NCBI GenBank assembly: GCA_965235115.1
Contig: OZ249453.1
Coordinates: 7,998,001-8,062,000 of the forward strand
Direction of reading: 5' to 3'
From: Laetmonice hystrix
Lineage: Eukaryota
Length of the DNA: 64,000 bases
The position numbers were made by a program, and so were the translations under genes. Below are positions 14,861 through 27,215 of this stretch, piece by piece. The notes beneath the pieces were generated by a model, which worked only from the letters and a program-made list of their open reading frames with translations, was not told the DNA's origin and searched no databases. Each line of letters opens with the position of its first letter. Within the stretch, counting starts at the first letter, position 1.

Positions 14861-17218
14861 CAACAAGTCTGCCATGGCAATCCAAGCAGATTCGCCACCA
14901 GACGGCAGCACGATCGGAGCATATATTTTGATGTATACGTGAAGCTTACGGATAATCACATGAAATCAGACCCCACGTACTTCAAACAACCTCTGTATCC
15001 CAGTCTTCATCCAAGAGGCAGTGTGACCAACGATCCTGTGTGACGGCTAATCGGGGGGGGGGGTCGCTGTGACCAAGTAATTTCCCAGCAAAGTCTCCCT
15101 CAATTAAAGCTACTGACGTCACGTCCGATTTCCTCATACGTTCTGGTTGCCATGATAACATCATGGTTACAGCAAAAACAAAAAGCAGGAAAAAATGTTG
15201 ATCTCTAATTCCTCTTGGTTCAGATTCTCACTGAAACGTGAAATTCTTCCAATGGTCCATACATACCTTCCAAGGTACAAACCATGGCTAGCACATTCCA
15301 AAGTGACCGAAATAGATTCTACGCAATTGATCGTCCTTAGCATTTTTCCGTTTCTATTCGTTAATTAAACCAGCCTACTAGTAAATTACGTAGCTTTTTA
15401 GTATTTTTGAAAGCCACCTTGGAGCAGCTTCCGGTTTCATCTACGCCCCAAACCATTCCTATGCCCCCTCCCTTCGTCTCCAATTTAAAGTAATTACCAA
15501 CTCAAACTAACAGTGTAAACTGCACGGCGTACTTACACCGTAATCACAATAAAATACGTGTATTTATTAGCAATTATCCGTTGCTATGACACCGCAGGGT
15601 AACTTCTGCAGGTCGCTGAAGGAATCATTTCCCAATATCTGTTCACAGGGATTTAAGTGGCCTGCTATTTGAGCAGCGAATTCCGTCCCCACTCTGTAAT
15701 TATCTGAGCGAAGGTCGGGCGGTCACAAACAGACCCGCAGCCAGGTCAATAGAGCACGGTGATTGGCTCATTATGAGCACGTCAGTAAATCACACCCTGC
15801 TATTAGAGGTGACCTTTTAAATCTCACCGAGAGAGGGTGCTGCAGCTCGGGGGTATGGAGGGTGGTATATGTGCAGACATATGGGAACCCTCACCCCCCC
15901 CCCCCCGCCCGGCGTTACTGACCCGCCCAACCCGTGTAATCCCAATATGTACTGTGACTGATCACAGAAACAGACCTAAAGGGTCCCTTTCAAAAACCAA
16001 AGTGGTGCTTTAAATTAGCCGGCGACAGATGACAAAGGAGGGAGGATCTCAAATCAATTAGGTTTCACAAACAACGACCCAGGTCAATTAGCTTTAAGTC
16101 GATTGGCCAACCCGAGTTGTTTTCGTGACCCTTATGGCTGGCAGCGCCAAGTTTTCAAAACTTTCACTTCTGGAGATAAAGTTTTGTTGTCTGCTGATAC
16201 TGGGAAACGGCTGGAGCCAGCTGGAGCCACAGGCTCCTGCAAAACTAATCTAATCCCCCAGGGTTCAAAACGTTTCCCATACGTTTCCTTTTAAAGCTGA
16301 CTATCAAAAAGATCTTCTTGCTTTGCACTCTGGAACATGGATTCTTGCATCTGTTCACAATCATCGAACTCTAACGGTAAGTCAAACTGAATCAACATCC
16401 GTCGTAAAGGTAAATGTTTTTATCGTGTAGAACCTGTTTGATCTACCATGCCATGATGGAGGAAGACCCAAAGATGCTCGGAGAACTTTACTGGAGCTAA
16501 CATACATAACACGCACGTGCATAACACGTGTAAATATGGATCAATCACAGACCAGTTCACAGATATTTCTGTCACTGCAGACCGGAAGGGATGGGTAGCA
16601 GTAAAACACGGCACTGACCTCTCGGTGTATGGATTGGCAAAGATCATGGTCGGCTCGGAGCTGTCCGGAACGAACTTGGAGAACTCTCCGTCAGTCTTGG
16701 TACGACGATTTGAGTTGATTTCTTTTGTCTGTCACCATCACACAATACATCCACCTCCTGGTGTTCCTCAGGGGTTCACTGCGTCTGGCCTTGTTTGTAG
16801 ATGTTGGCGAGTCGAAAGTTTCCAAACCTAGGACTTTGTACACGCCCGCTCTGTGACTGATTACTGCTGAGTGTGCAGGACCCTACTACCCAGTCGGGAG
16901 ATGGATGGTTGCCACTGGTACAGAACCTGTGCTGGGGTGACCTGGGTTATCGTCGACCTCACCCAAACTCCGTCATCAGCCTGGCTGACACAAATCCGTC
17001 ATCATCTGTGACACGACCTGAACCTCGGTCACAGCGGTGAACGCAGACTCAATACAGCATCCAAGTTTCTACCATCGCTTCTTAAACAAAAAATCCTGAC
17101 AGTTCGTCAGTCTTATCGGGTTAAGATGAACTGGAGGTTTTGCCGGTGGTCGTAGCCTTGGAGACGGTACTTGCCGTGAGTGTGTGGGGTGATTACCCCC
17201 AGGAGTGATGAAAAGGGC

Positions 17219-17462
17219 TCAGTATGGATGATGACTCTGTATCAATGTTGGGGGTACTGTAAACCCCCTATAGCGACCTCCATTGGCAGGACGCTGACTG
17301 GCTGACTGTCCGAACGCTGACTGTCCGAACGCTGACTGGCCTAACCCTGACTGACTGGACTGACTGGAGTCTACGTGGGTGTGGGTGTGTATTCCACGTG
17401 GGTGTGACGTTTTCCTCCAGTGTGTGCCAGCTAGGTCTAAAGTAGTTGGTCGTGTCCTAGCA
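17219..17462 (-). CDS. Candidate exon, unidentified ((S)ARTRPTTLDLAG...QSAFGQSAFGQS...HHPY*)
   Basis: ttgccccctccag| acceptor. Only the phase-2 frame is open (81 codons), which is compatible with the 22005 donor. It overlaps a (CAGT)-like microsatellite, which lowers confidence. Confidence 0.2.
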
Positions 17463-19202
17463 CTGGAGGGGGCAACACCTCACCCATCGGTCACGTGGTC
17501 ACATGGGCACCTGCAAGGGCTTGGGGCAGGGTTCTCCACACGGTTAGAACACCGTTAACATTCAACAGGTTTACGTGCAGGGCTCTCCCCGCGGTTACGT
17601 CCTACGTGTACAACCCTTCCCAAGTTTATAAAGTATATTAAATATCCAGACTTACAAGTCACATCTCAATACAGGCTGCGAACATGGGATGGCATCAGTG
17701 ACGGAGGCTCGTTCTGTGCCCAGCACACAGAACTGACCTCATGAAGGTCTTGGCGTGTTCATATAAAACATGAGGATCTCATCCCCGTCATGTGCCATCC
17801 ATGTCTCTAACACATGGAGCTCATTGAAGGACCGGGGGATGGGAGAGATATAGACAACATCACACCCACACGTGGGGGCACCTTCTCACACCCCTAAACC
17901 CGTCTCTACCCCTCTCTACCAACCCTGTCTGCTGGAGTCTGAAATCAGTGCCGTCTAACTCAGCCATGGTTACGATTTAATGCATAGCAAACACCTCAAA
18001 TTGGACTTTTCCTGTTCCTATTTCAGACACGGTGAATTTGCATGATTTATATCCGGTTTGAGATGTAAAGAATTGAACTCCCAGGACCCCCAGCACATCT
18101 GTTTGTCCTAAAGCCACGTGATGGCGAGAAGGCGGGTATCTTGGCCATGGTCAACAAAGATTGCTGTCAGCGACAACGCTGGCCCGTTTAAATCTCCCAA
18201 CGTCAACACCGGACCATAATAACCTTGTTTCCCTTTCTTACTCTATAATAACACAACATATTATCCATAAATAGGGCGCTGGAACGCTGTCCCGATTTGT
18301 CGCAAGAACTTGAAATAGATACCCCCACCCCTGTAATAGGAGTCTACTGGCACTATTTGCACAAAACTGGTTAAACTATTTTAGCTTTACTAGATGTTAT
18401 GTGCCCCCCCTTCCCCCAACAAAACGTCTTTCCTCCCCACATATGGCTCACATCTGCAGAGAGGTTCTAAAACTGGCACAAGATGTAAATGCCTCATTAA
18501 AGTAAAAAGTGTGGGGAGTATTTACTTTTGGATAAACACGTTCAAGTATTGCGATACAATGAAAGACTAAAAGTTAAATATAGGAATACAATTGAACACA
18601 CATTCCTTTAAACAAAAATGAGGGCCCAAGTGTGTAATAACACACACAGCAGAACGACGTAATCAGAACGGTTGTCTCTTGAACCATAATCTATAAATGG
18701 GCATACGTGCACTTTTAATATCAAACAAAATACCTTCCGTATTTTCACATTGTTGAGGATTTGAGACCACTGTATCTCATATCTCACACAGAATAGCTAG
18801 TGTGTGGCTAGAACACATATCGATGTCTCAGATCTCAAACAGGATGGTGGGTGGACCCTGGGGTAAAATCACGAGATATTCAGATCTCCTAAAGGTCCTT
18901 AGAAGCTGCCACGACGCGATTGTCTGTCGGTAACCAGTCTGAAGTGGCGTCGCGTCGCGTCGCGTCGCGTACGTAGCGGTCTGACCCTAGCCGTCGCGAC
19001 GAGTCTGATCGCACGGCAGGCCTGCAGGGGGAAGGGCGCTTACCGGTAACTAAGACGTGATTATGTCTACTTATGTAGACTTATGTCTACGCGTGCGTGC
19101 AGGTGGTTTCAATCTGGTAACTTTAGTACGTCTTCGTCTGCTTCAACTGATACACTCACTCGACAAGACTTCCTTTAAACTACCATCTCTGAACTCTCAC
19201 GT

Positions 19203-19521
19203 CCCACGTACGTTCAAACCCACTGTAACCCTCACACCCCACGTTCACAGCACTGTAACCCTCACACCCCACGTTCAAACCACTGTAACCCTCACACCCC
19301 ACGTTCAAACCACTGTAACCCTCACATCCCACGTTCAAACCACTGTAACCCTCACACCCCACGTTCAAACCACTGTAACCCTCAGACCCCACGTTCAAAC
19401 CACTGTAACCCTCACATCCCACGTTCAAACCACTGTAACCCTCACACCCCACGTTCAAACCACTGTAACCCTCACACCCCACGTTCAAACCACTGTAACC
19501 CTCACATCCCACGTTCAAACC
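19203..19521. repeat. Minisatellite, 30-bp unit CCCACGTTCAAACCACTGTAACCCTCACAC, ~10.5 copies
   Basis: Direct inspection. Confidence 0.97.
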
Positions 19522-21185
19522 AGATCAATGTCATATCAATAATTATAGAACATCGAAACATTTTCTATTATATCGTCTACAATGATCAGAAATCTGATAT
19601 CATTGTAAAGATCTGACTGCGTTATAATTCAAAGGAGAACAATAATTATGTTATGCCTGTTAGTTACAGTTAGGAAGGGATCCTCGGAAATCCATGCAAG
19701 TACATGCCTACACAATGCATCATTACAGGCTACATATACATAAAGATATATCTTGTGGCAATATTTGCTGAGGGTAGACCATCAAAGTCATGTTTATGGA
19801 AATCTGCCCCCTATCAACCATAACAACCTCCATAACAGTGGCGGTATCAGTCAGCCAGGCTCGGCCGGTGGTGGTTGCCCTGGGCAACAGATACAGTGGC
19901 GATAGGTTGAAAAATCCGGCGTGACACGAAAACTTGGCAAGTTGTTGGCTGTGTTTGTGGCTGGCTTAAAGATACCGGGCATTCCTGAGGGCGGGTTTTA
20001 TACTGGGATCAACCTGTACGAGGAGGGGGCGCCCCCCCCCCCCCCCGCGCGTCTTGGTAAACGCTCAGACGGTACGTATACTTGTTCTCATAAAGAGAAA
20101 AGATTCCAAACTTTCTATCACCTCCACGTACCTACCCAACACCAGGCGACTTCAGCGGTGGCGTGCCCTAACAAATACATGTACATATATCCTGGTTAGA
20201 CTTACAAACCCTAACAGATCACTTAGTCTGTATCAACACACATGCTTTGCTACGTACTTCTTCAACGTCAATCCTGCCAATGTTGTTTTTTTACAAAATG
20301 TACTTTTCCCTCCATCTCTTTACATTGGAATAAACCTGAAGATGAGCCCACCCACATAGCCATTCACCCACGGGTATGTGAGACACTATGATCAGACGTA
20401 TACGGAATCTACCATTATGACAAGATCTTATCGCGTGAGAAACACACAATGTTTACAGGCTCGCTGGGAGTATACTGCTGGTCTCACCTCAAACTTTATG
20501 CCTAGACAGTTTGTTTTTAAAGTCATACAATAAACAGCAAAAAGAGACGACCTTTTCTTCCCACTTTCTCTTAGCTTCCTGCTCGTGTCACTAATTGCAA
20601 ATGTACCTGGTTGTCTGCCTGTGAAAGGTGTTCGCAACCACAAGCATACAAATGTCGTAAGTCTGGAGTTTATTACCTTGGGCGACCAGTCAAAGGGGTC
20701 CACAGAAACTGCGCCGCTGTGATGCCAATGTAAATTGAAAATTCCCCACGGCAAGTTTAAATCCTTTAGTGAACTACCTAGAGCAGATGATTTTTTATCC
20801 ACCTTCCTGCTAGGAAGCCATATATTCTACTGATCTACTGAAAGATAGGTGCTGGAAGGTGGTAAGGAAATACAAGTCTCCTATTTAACTATGATGAGTG
20901 TATTTCCCCCTCCGGAAACGTTCTTTTTCTACCTTAATAGCTGAATCACTCAACTCAACTTAAGGAATAATTGGCGATGGTGTCTTGTCACGTGAATAAA
21001 GATCTTTCCGTGTCGGAGTTTGTTATTCTGAGCGTGTGTGTGGTAGACCTAAACTCAGCTATCACATCTTGGCAACGACTCAAGATCGGATTTTTACTCA
21101 TATTTTCGATTTTTTTTATGGAGATGAGGTAATTCTCTCATCCAACCTTTTATCATTAGGGGTTTGGAATGGCGAGTTTGTACAG

Positions 21186-22000
21186 CCAAACTTCGTACAC
21201 ACGTTACCATGGTGATCTACCTTGACAACCGAGGTCCCGGATGACGTGTTCGGTGTGTCAGCTGACCTCTCACTGACCAAACTTCGTACACACGTTACCA
21301 TGGTGATCTACCTTGATTACCGAGGTCCCGGATGACGTGTTTGGTGTGTCAGCTGACCTCTCACTGACCAAACTTCGTACACACGTTACCATGGGGATCT
21401 ACCAGCCGAGGTCCCGGATGACGTGTTTGGTGTGTCAGCTGACCTCTCACCGACCAAACTTCGTACACACGTTACCATGGGGTTCTACTTTGACAACCGA
21501 GGTCCCGGATGACGTGTTTGGTGTGTCAGCTGACCTCTCACTGAGCAAACTTCGTACACACGTTACCATGGGGTTCTACCTTGACAACCGAGGTCCCGGA
21601 TGACGTGTTTGGTGTGTCAGCTGACCTCTCACTGACCAAACTTTGTACACACGTTACCATGGAGTTCTACCTTGACAACCGAGGTCCCAGATGACGTGTT
21701 TGGTGTGTCAGCTGACCTCTCACTGACCAAACTTCGTACACACGTTACCATGGAGTTCTACCTTGAATACCGAGGTCCCGGATGACATGTTTGGTGTGTC
21801 AGCTGACCTCTCACCGACCAAACTTCGTACACACGTTACCATGGTGATCTACCTTGATTACCGAGGTCCCGGATGACGTGTTTGGTGTGTCAGCTGACCT
21901 CTCACTGACCAAACTTCGTACACACGTTACCATGGGGTTCTACCTTGACAACCGAGGTCCCGGATGACGTGTTTGGTGTGTCAGCTGACCTCTCACCGAC
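21186..22000. repeat. Minisatellite, ~91-bp unit, 9 copies
   Basis: CCAAACTTCGTACACACGTTACCATGG recurs at ~91-bp spacing. One unit is shorter. Confidence 0.97.
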
Positions 22001-22004
22001 CTAC

Positions 22005-22172
22005 CTGAACGTGGCACAGCGCACTATGTCCTCCGGTCGGCAACCACACCGCCACCTCCACCAGCCATTCATACCGCAGGCGGCTACAACAACACCGACA
22101 ACGACGCCCACACCGACGCCTGTCGCCAGACCATGGCCGATACATGACTCCCACGCAGTGACGCGCAGCTTC
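22005..22172 (-). CDS. Candidate exon of an unidentified gene (Gly/Val-rich hydrophobic stretch GLATGVGVGVVVGVVVAAC)
   Basis: Strong donor cag|gtaggt at 22004, directly abutting the 91-bp array. Acceptor is weak and the frame is ambiguous. Confidence 0.2.
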
Positions 22173-23339
22173 CTAAGCTAACCCCCAACTTCTGTACAAG
22201 GATGATATATCTTTGATAGACTCTACTGAAGTAGTTCGTGTACATCCCGGCAGAGGTCGCTGGCGCCGTGACGGGTCCGTCGTCAGTCTCAGCGCCAGGA
22301 AAACCTCGGGTTGGGACGTTATGACTGTCTGTGTTTAGCTCCTATCACTACAGACCGGGAGGAGGGGGGGGGGGGGGGGTACCACTAATGGTACATGAGG
22401 CAGGCCCTGCCAGTACCATACAGTTGTAGAGAGATAGATTCGTTGAGACCAACCTGTAAGATTGGCTCCGCTGCCTTGGGTCCCTGGGATTTGTTCTATT
22501 TGTCTGCGCCAAGCCAGCGTCTAATGTCTCCTACCCTCTGTGGTCCACCACAGTAGCCGTAAAACTCACAATATACCATTCACAAAACCGTAAAAAACTT
22601 AAATGTGCCACTAAAGCCAATCGATTTAATTATAATAATCATTCAAATATCATGCTTCAAAACTTCAAAATTGTATATCCTGGTCATTTAAACCGTCCTG
22701 GGGTGTGGATTTTTTATTTCACCGACCCCCTTAATACAGCACGACCGCCATTTTACAACATTTCAAATACATCTATAAGTGACAGCGATGTGTGAGACAC
22801 ACTTTGCCTGACTCGGTGACTGTACAGCAGCCAAGCCGAGTTAAGTCGAAGCGGAACGACCCGATGAGACGTTCCCTCCAGGCGTCAATAGTTTTATGGA
22901 TATAAGCTGGGATGTAACGCCAGACTTTTGGCAGAGACGCTCAAGTTGTGTAATGTTGCGAGAAAGAAAAATACACCACCCCACTTGACTGGTATATCTT
23001 ATATCAATACCATCCATCAAGTGTTGGTCGAAAGGTTGAGCCATGATGACAGCTAAAATCATGGCCTCAAGCAAACCCAGGGCTGCCAGGGTAACAGTGT
23101 AATATATTGGTGTCATTCTGGTTCGACTACCATCAGTTTAGCTCGGTTTTATGACGACATCCTAATCTGAAACTTTAAAGTAACACTCCCGATCTGCTGA
23201 TGTGGGTCTCAGCTTATTTTTCTATAATAACATTCCGAAAATGTATGAAAACCTATCAACAGTAGCTGCCTCCGAGTTCTACACATGCGTAGGACGAGAT
23301 GAAACTTTGATGTCCCTTACAATGAATTAGAGGGTCCAT

Positions 23340-23415
23340 GGGCCATTATCTCTGGGCCATGGGCCATTATCTCTGGGCCATGGGCCATTATCTCTGGCCA
23401 TGGGCCATTATCTCT
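23340..23415. repeat. 21-bp repeat GGGCCATTATCTCTGGGCCAT, ~3.5 copies
   Basis: Direct inspection. Confidence 0.85.
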
Positions 23416-23656
23416 GCTTCTGTAGCTCAGGGACCTCTGTGGATGGACATCCACGATAATCTTCTAATAATTCACCGTCGTCCATTCTTATCTCAGGTCT
23501 ATGTTTGAGGGAGTGACCCACAGCTGGGCTGTTCCATCTAATGGTCTCCTCCCTCCGACCACTGTACCACAGAGGTTTGAGGATATTGGCGGCTAGGAGG
23601 GTCAACCATCACTGCCACCTGGTGGACAACATGGGAGATACACGGCCACCACCGCT

Positions 23657-24210
23657 TAGCCTGGTCCCCTGCCTACCAGACGCTTAGCCTGGTCCCCTGC
23701 CCACCAGCCGCTTAGCCTGGTCCCCTGCCTACCAGACGCTTAGCCTGGTCCCCTGCCTACCAGACACTTAGCCTGGTCCCCTGCCTACCAGACGCGTCCG
23801 CTATGTTAGGCCAGGTGTTGGGTAATTTTGACTTGTCAGAAAACCGACTAGCGGAAGGAAGTTGCTCAATTCCAAGCACTTCCGCTTCCGTTGCGTTGGT
23901 CAGCGTCAACGGAGTGATTGATCTCTGCTTGGAGTGTGGCCAAAATGGCCATGGGTGACGCAGACCGTAGCCTGGCGTAGGGACCGATGACACTAGGTCT
24001 ACATCCAGAAAAACGAAAAACATTTAACACTTGCATTGTAAAAGGATTGACGAATATATCTGTATTTTGTTGGAGAAATACGGAGGATACGGAACTAGCT
24101 ACACGTTTGCGTCCATGTTTCCGATGGACCCGGGCCAATCACAGAGCTCTCTTCGATTAGCCTTCTCCAGGCTCTATGATACGTAGTCAATAGAGCTGGG
24201 GACCAGGCTA
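23657..24210. mobile_element. MITE-like element with TAGCCTGGTCCCC...GGGGACCAGGCTA termini; left terminus amplified as 5 x 28-bp tandem
   Basis: 13-bp perfect TIR. A shorter sibling at 24386-24461 shares both ends. Confidence 0.7.
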
Positions 24211-24259
24211 ACCACTGCTCTAGCTAATCAGGTGCTACTTCCGGTGACATTAATGGTTC

Positions 24260-24510
24260 CCGGGAGGTGGCGCTATCACACGACAGGAACTGATCAATGT
24301 CCCGGTAGATGGCGCTGTGTATGTGACCCGGTAGACACTGATCAATGTCCCGGTAGATGGCGCTGTGTATGTAACCAGGCAGACATAGCCTGGTCCCCTG
24401 CCTACAAGACGCATCCGCTATGTACGATAACGTAGTCAATATAGACCTGGGGACCAGGCTACAGGCACACACTGATCAATGTCCCGGTAGATGGCGCTGT
24501 GTAGGGAGAC
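24260..24510 (+). promoter_or_regulatory. Cluster of four CTCF-consensus sites, three of them in a 48-bp tandem unit
   Basis: CCGGGAGGTGGCGC at 24260; CCGGTAGATGGCGC at 24302, 24350 and 24484. Matches or closely approximates the CC(A/G)S(C/T)AG(A/G)(G/T)GGC(A/G)S core. Confidence 0.5.
24386..24461. mobile_element. 76-bp internally deleted MITE of the same family, inserted in a 48-bp tandem array
   Basis: Same TIR and subterminal sequences (CCTACxAGACGCxTCCGCTATGT; ACGTAGTCAATA) as 23657-24210. Confidence 0.7.
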
Positions 24511-24994
24511 CCGGCAGACCCTGATCACATCAGAAGAATGCCCCGTCAACCCAAGTGTGTTTGATCGATTATCTACTGTGGCCGAAAAGTACAAACATTG
24601 ATCGATTATCGGATTGAAGCAATGACTGTCGTATGATGTGTTTCCGTTCATGAGTTCCCTAGACAACAAACCTGGGTCAAACCGTCTGTACTTCTGTCTC
24701 TATTTCCATTCCGTTAACTGTATTTACGTGAGATCCCAGTATGTAATCCAATAACGAGAAATAAATGACACTTTCCTTTCAGCCTTGACGTATTTTTTGG
24801 TATATATTATATACTGTATTTTCCAAGAAAATCGCTGATGGTGAATTACTATTTCTGCAGCGTCAGTTTGTGCGTCTTTAAACATACATTTTGATGGGGA
24901 AGAAATATGATTAATATCGGTTCCTTTAAAAGAGTTTTCACCCAGCATAAATTCACAACATCAAAATTACCCCTAAAATATTGTTATTCTCCAG

Positions 24995-25104
24995 ACTGGG
25001 ACGAATTAGTATCAGAGACTGAGTACAATACCGAGGACACCAATCGATACTGTCAGACGGAAGAAATCAATCAACTACAACTGCTGCGAAAGTACCCAGC
25101 CTGA
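24995..25104 (+). CDS. Candidate terminal exon of an unidentified convergent plus-strand gene ((D)WDELVSETEYNTEDTNRYCQTEEINQLQLLRKYPA*)
   Basis: ttattctccag| acceptor, protein-like acidic composition, plus-strand AATAAA near 25793. No homology recognised. Confidence 0.25.
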
Positions 25105-25410
25105 ATACGATACAGTTGTCGTTATTAATGTCTTGGTTGTTTACGTAGCCACTTAAAATGATAACTGTCCGACTCGGTATCACTGCTACCCGTATATTCT
25201 CTCACAAAGTGTCTACCATCCCTGAGGAACTAGAAGACAGTAACTATGTCCGTTTATAATACTGCCCATAGCAACCATCTTCACCCAGAGTGTAACGAGA
25301 CCAAGGATAGGTCAGACCGTACCCTGTTAGAGACACGAACTCTGATAGGCTAATATATGACACGTACAATTACTTCATTACTGCACTACTAACCCTCTCG
25401 ACGGCCGTAA

Positions 25411-25750
25411 GGCCAAGAAAAAAAATCCCGGTTTCTGCTACACGCGCGCGTCACTTCAGATGCCGCGAATCAGTGTTTTTTTCTTGCCATTTGTGCTGCC
25501 ACCTAGCGGTAAGGCTTGAAACTAACCATTGTTGTTATGGTTCGTGTCTTAACACTGCAACGGAAGTGTGTTGTATTCAAAGAGATGACAGCGAAGGTCA
25601 TGATCATTGTCTATGAGTTCATTTTACATAATAATTCTTATGAGGTTTACCATTTTAGCCAGCTGTCACGAAAAAATAAACTTAAAAAAAACACCTCACC
25701 ACCACTTTTGAAATGTCCTTCCGACCAGAAACCGGAATTTTTTTTTGGCC
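25411..25750. mobile_element. 340-bp PIF/Harbinger-type (Tourist-like) MITE
   Basis: ~27-bp imperfect TIR GGCCAAGAAAAAAAATCCCGGTTTCTG / CAGAAACCGGAATTTTTTTTTGGCC, flanked by TAA direct repeats (25408-25410, 25751-25753). Confidence 0.75.
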
Positions 25751-25966
25751 TAAACCTATCTATTTATTCCAGCAGCGACGCCACGGATTGGCAATAAATG
25801 TTTCTATCAGTTTTATCAAGATACAAGCGTCTCCAATCAAATCATTCGCTTCCCTCGCATCCAATTAACCGGCGTTCACTGATGACGATTTATGTCATCA
25901 TGAATGTACGGTTCACTCAATTACTGGCGTCACTTCATACACTACTGACGCTATCAATTACTGGCG

Positions 25967-26056
25967 TCATACACTACTGACGCTATCTGTGTCTAATCTG
26001 CCGTGAGAGCGTCTCCCCGACATGATCCTGTCTAAATCCCTCACCGACCGCCTCCT
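25967..26056 (-). CDS. Candidate terminal exon (RRRSVRDLDRIMSGRRSHGRLDTDSVSSV*), class I PDZ-binding C-terminus
   Basis: attgatag| acceptor with a weak pyrimidine tract. Open to TGA at 25969-25967. AATAAA on the minus strand at 25768-25763. Confidence 0.4.
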   Translation of the reverse strand, partial: RRRSVRDLDRIMSGRRSHGRLDTDSVSSV

Positions 26057-26336
26057 CTATCAATGATCAAACATCTTGTCTTCCGTAATAAGCGCTCAAA
26101 TTAATTTCACTTTGCCTTGATCAAATCCAATGGGTTCTTTTCTTATTTGCCACTTTACATTCCGACAGAGAACTTAATCTGAGCTTCTACATCAATGATT
26201 TCTACGGATTTCTACGGTCTACCAGGAATGTTTTAATTTGAAAAGCTGACATGAACATAAATGACCAATTCATCGCGTAAATTGTCCGTTTTCCTCTGTC
26301 TCGTAGTGACTTTAACGGATGGAACGCAGCACAAAC

Positions 26337-26385
26337 CTGTACTGAGTGAACCCAGGGTACCAGTACTGACATCTGGCGTCTATGA
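26337..26385 (-). CDS. Candidate penultimate exon of the SH2D5-like gene ((N)HRRQMSVLVPWVHSVQ)
   Basis: ttatcgttacag| ... cag|gtttgt, 49 nt, phase 2/0. It bridges the phase-2 donor at 26899 to the phase-0 acceptor at 26057. The donor is only moderate. Confidence 0.4.
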
Positions 26386-26898
26386 CTGTAACGATAATCC
26401 TGTACTACACAACGACCCCAATTTAATCATGTTTACACTCCACTTCCTTCAAACAAATTATCCTTCAGTTTATGATAGCCTAGTTATAATTACGACCACC
26501 AGGTGAAGCTGTGGGTCAATTAACTCGACTTCCTTTTATATTCAATATTCAGTTTTAAATCCAACTTCAGGAGAAACTTATTCCTACGGCCATTCGTCAC
26601 ATTGTTCTAAGACAAGTATTTCCTGAGATCAGCTCATATAACATATCTACCGTGGTTACCATCAACTTTCTTCAGCAACAGCTAACACGTATTTGGCATG
26701 AACATATCTACAACACTTTTACGGATTCGGTATCTTTACGGCCAATGCTTCCACTCGACATCAGAGACTTTTCATTGCCAGTTAGCCGTCAAGAAATAGC
26801 TCAATACAGTCGCATAAAAACTGAAAACACAAACCCTTCCCTTTGCATGCGTTATGTAATAAATAATTGGTATTTCATAAAAGAAAAATGTAACTTAC

Positions 26899-27215
26899 TT
26901 TTTGGGGGTGAGTGGCCCTGCGTATACCCCAGCGACATCTAGCGGATCCTGTGTTCGTAAATGGGCAGGACTGTCGGAGTTTTGATAGCGAACAGACGGT
27001 GGTCGCTGAGTATTGTTATGACTGTTAGTATTCCTGAGTTCTATCTCAGACTGTTCGCTCTCGTCCGATTTCTGACTAAGGATCAAAGATTTGCGTGTTT
27101 CACTCGATTTGCGTCCTTTTTGAGACTTGTCTTTCTTTGATTTCTTGTCCTTCTCCTCGCCCGGAGGGGTAGCAGGTAACGGCCGGTTGAGCATGCTAGA
27201 GTGTCGCGGAGACGC
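26899..27215 (-). CDS. SH2D5: SH2D5-like exon, Pro/Lys/Ser-rich (ASPRHSSMLNRPLPATPP...GPLTPK)
   Basis: tttgtcttcag| ... |gtaagt, 317 nt, phase 0/2. RPLPATP is an RxLPxxP SH3-ligand-like motif. Confidence 0.75.

Noticed and set aside
26337-26410. QYWYPGFTQY read as the start of an SH2 domain (W-Y-x-G)
   Set aside because: The following residues do not fit the SH2 alpha-A pattern, and I found no FLVRES-like exon downstream.
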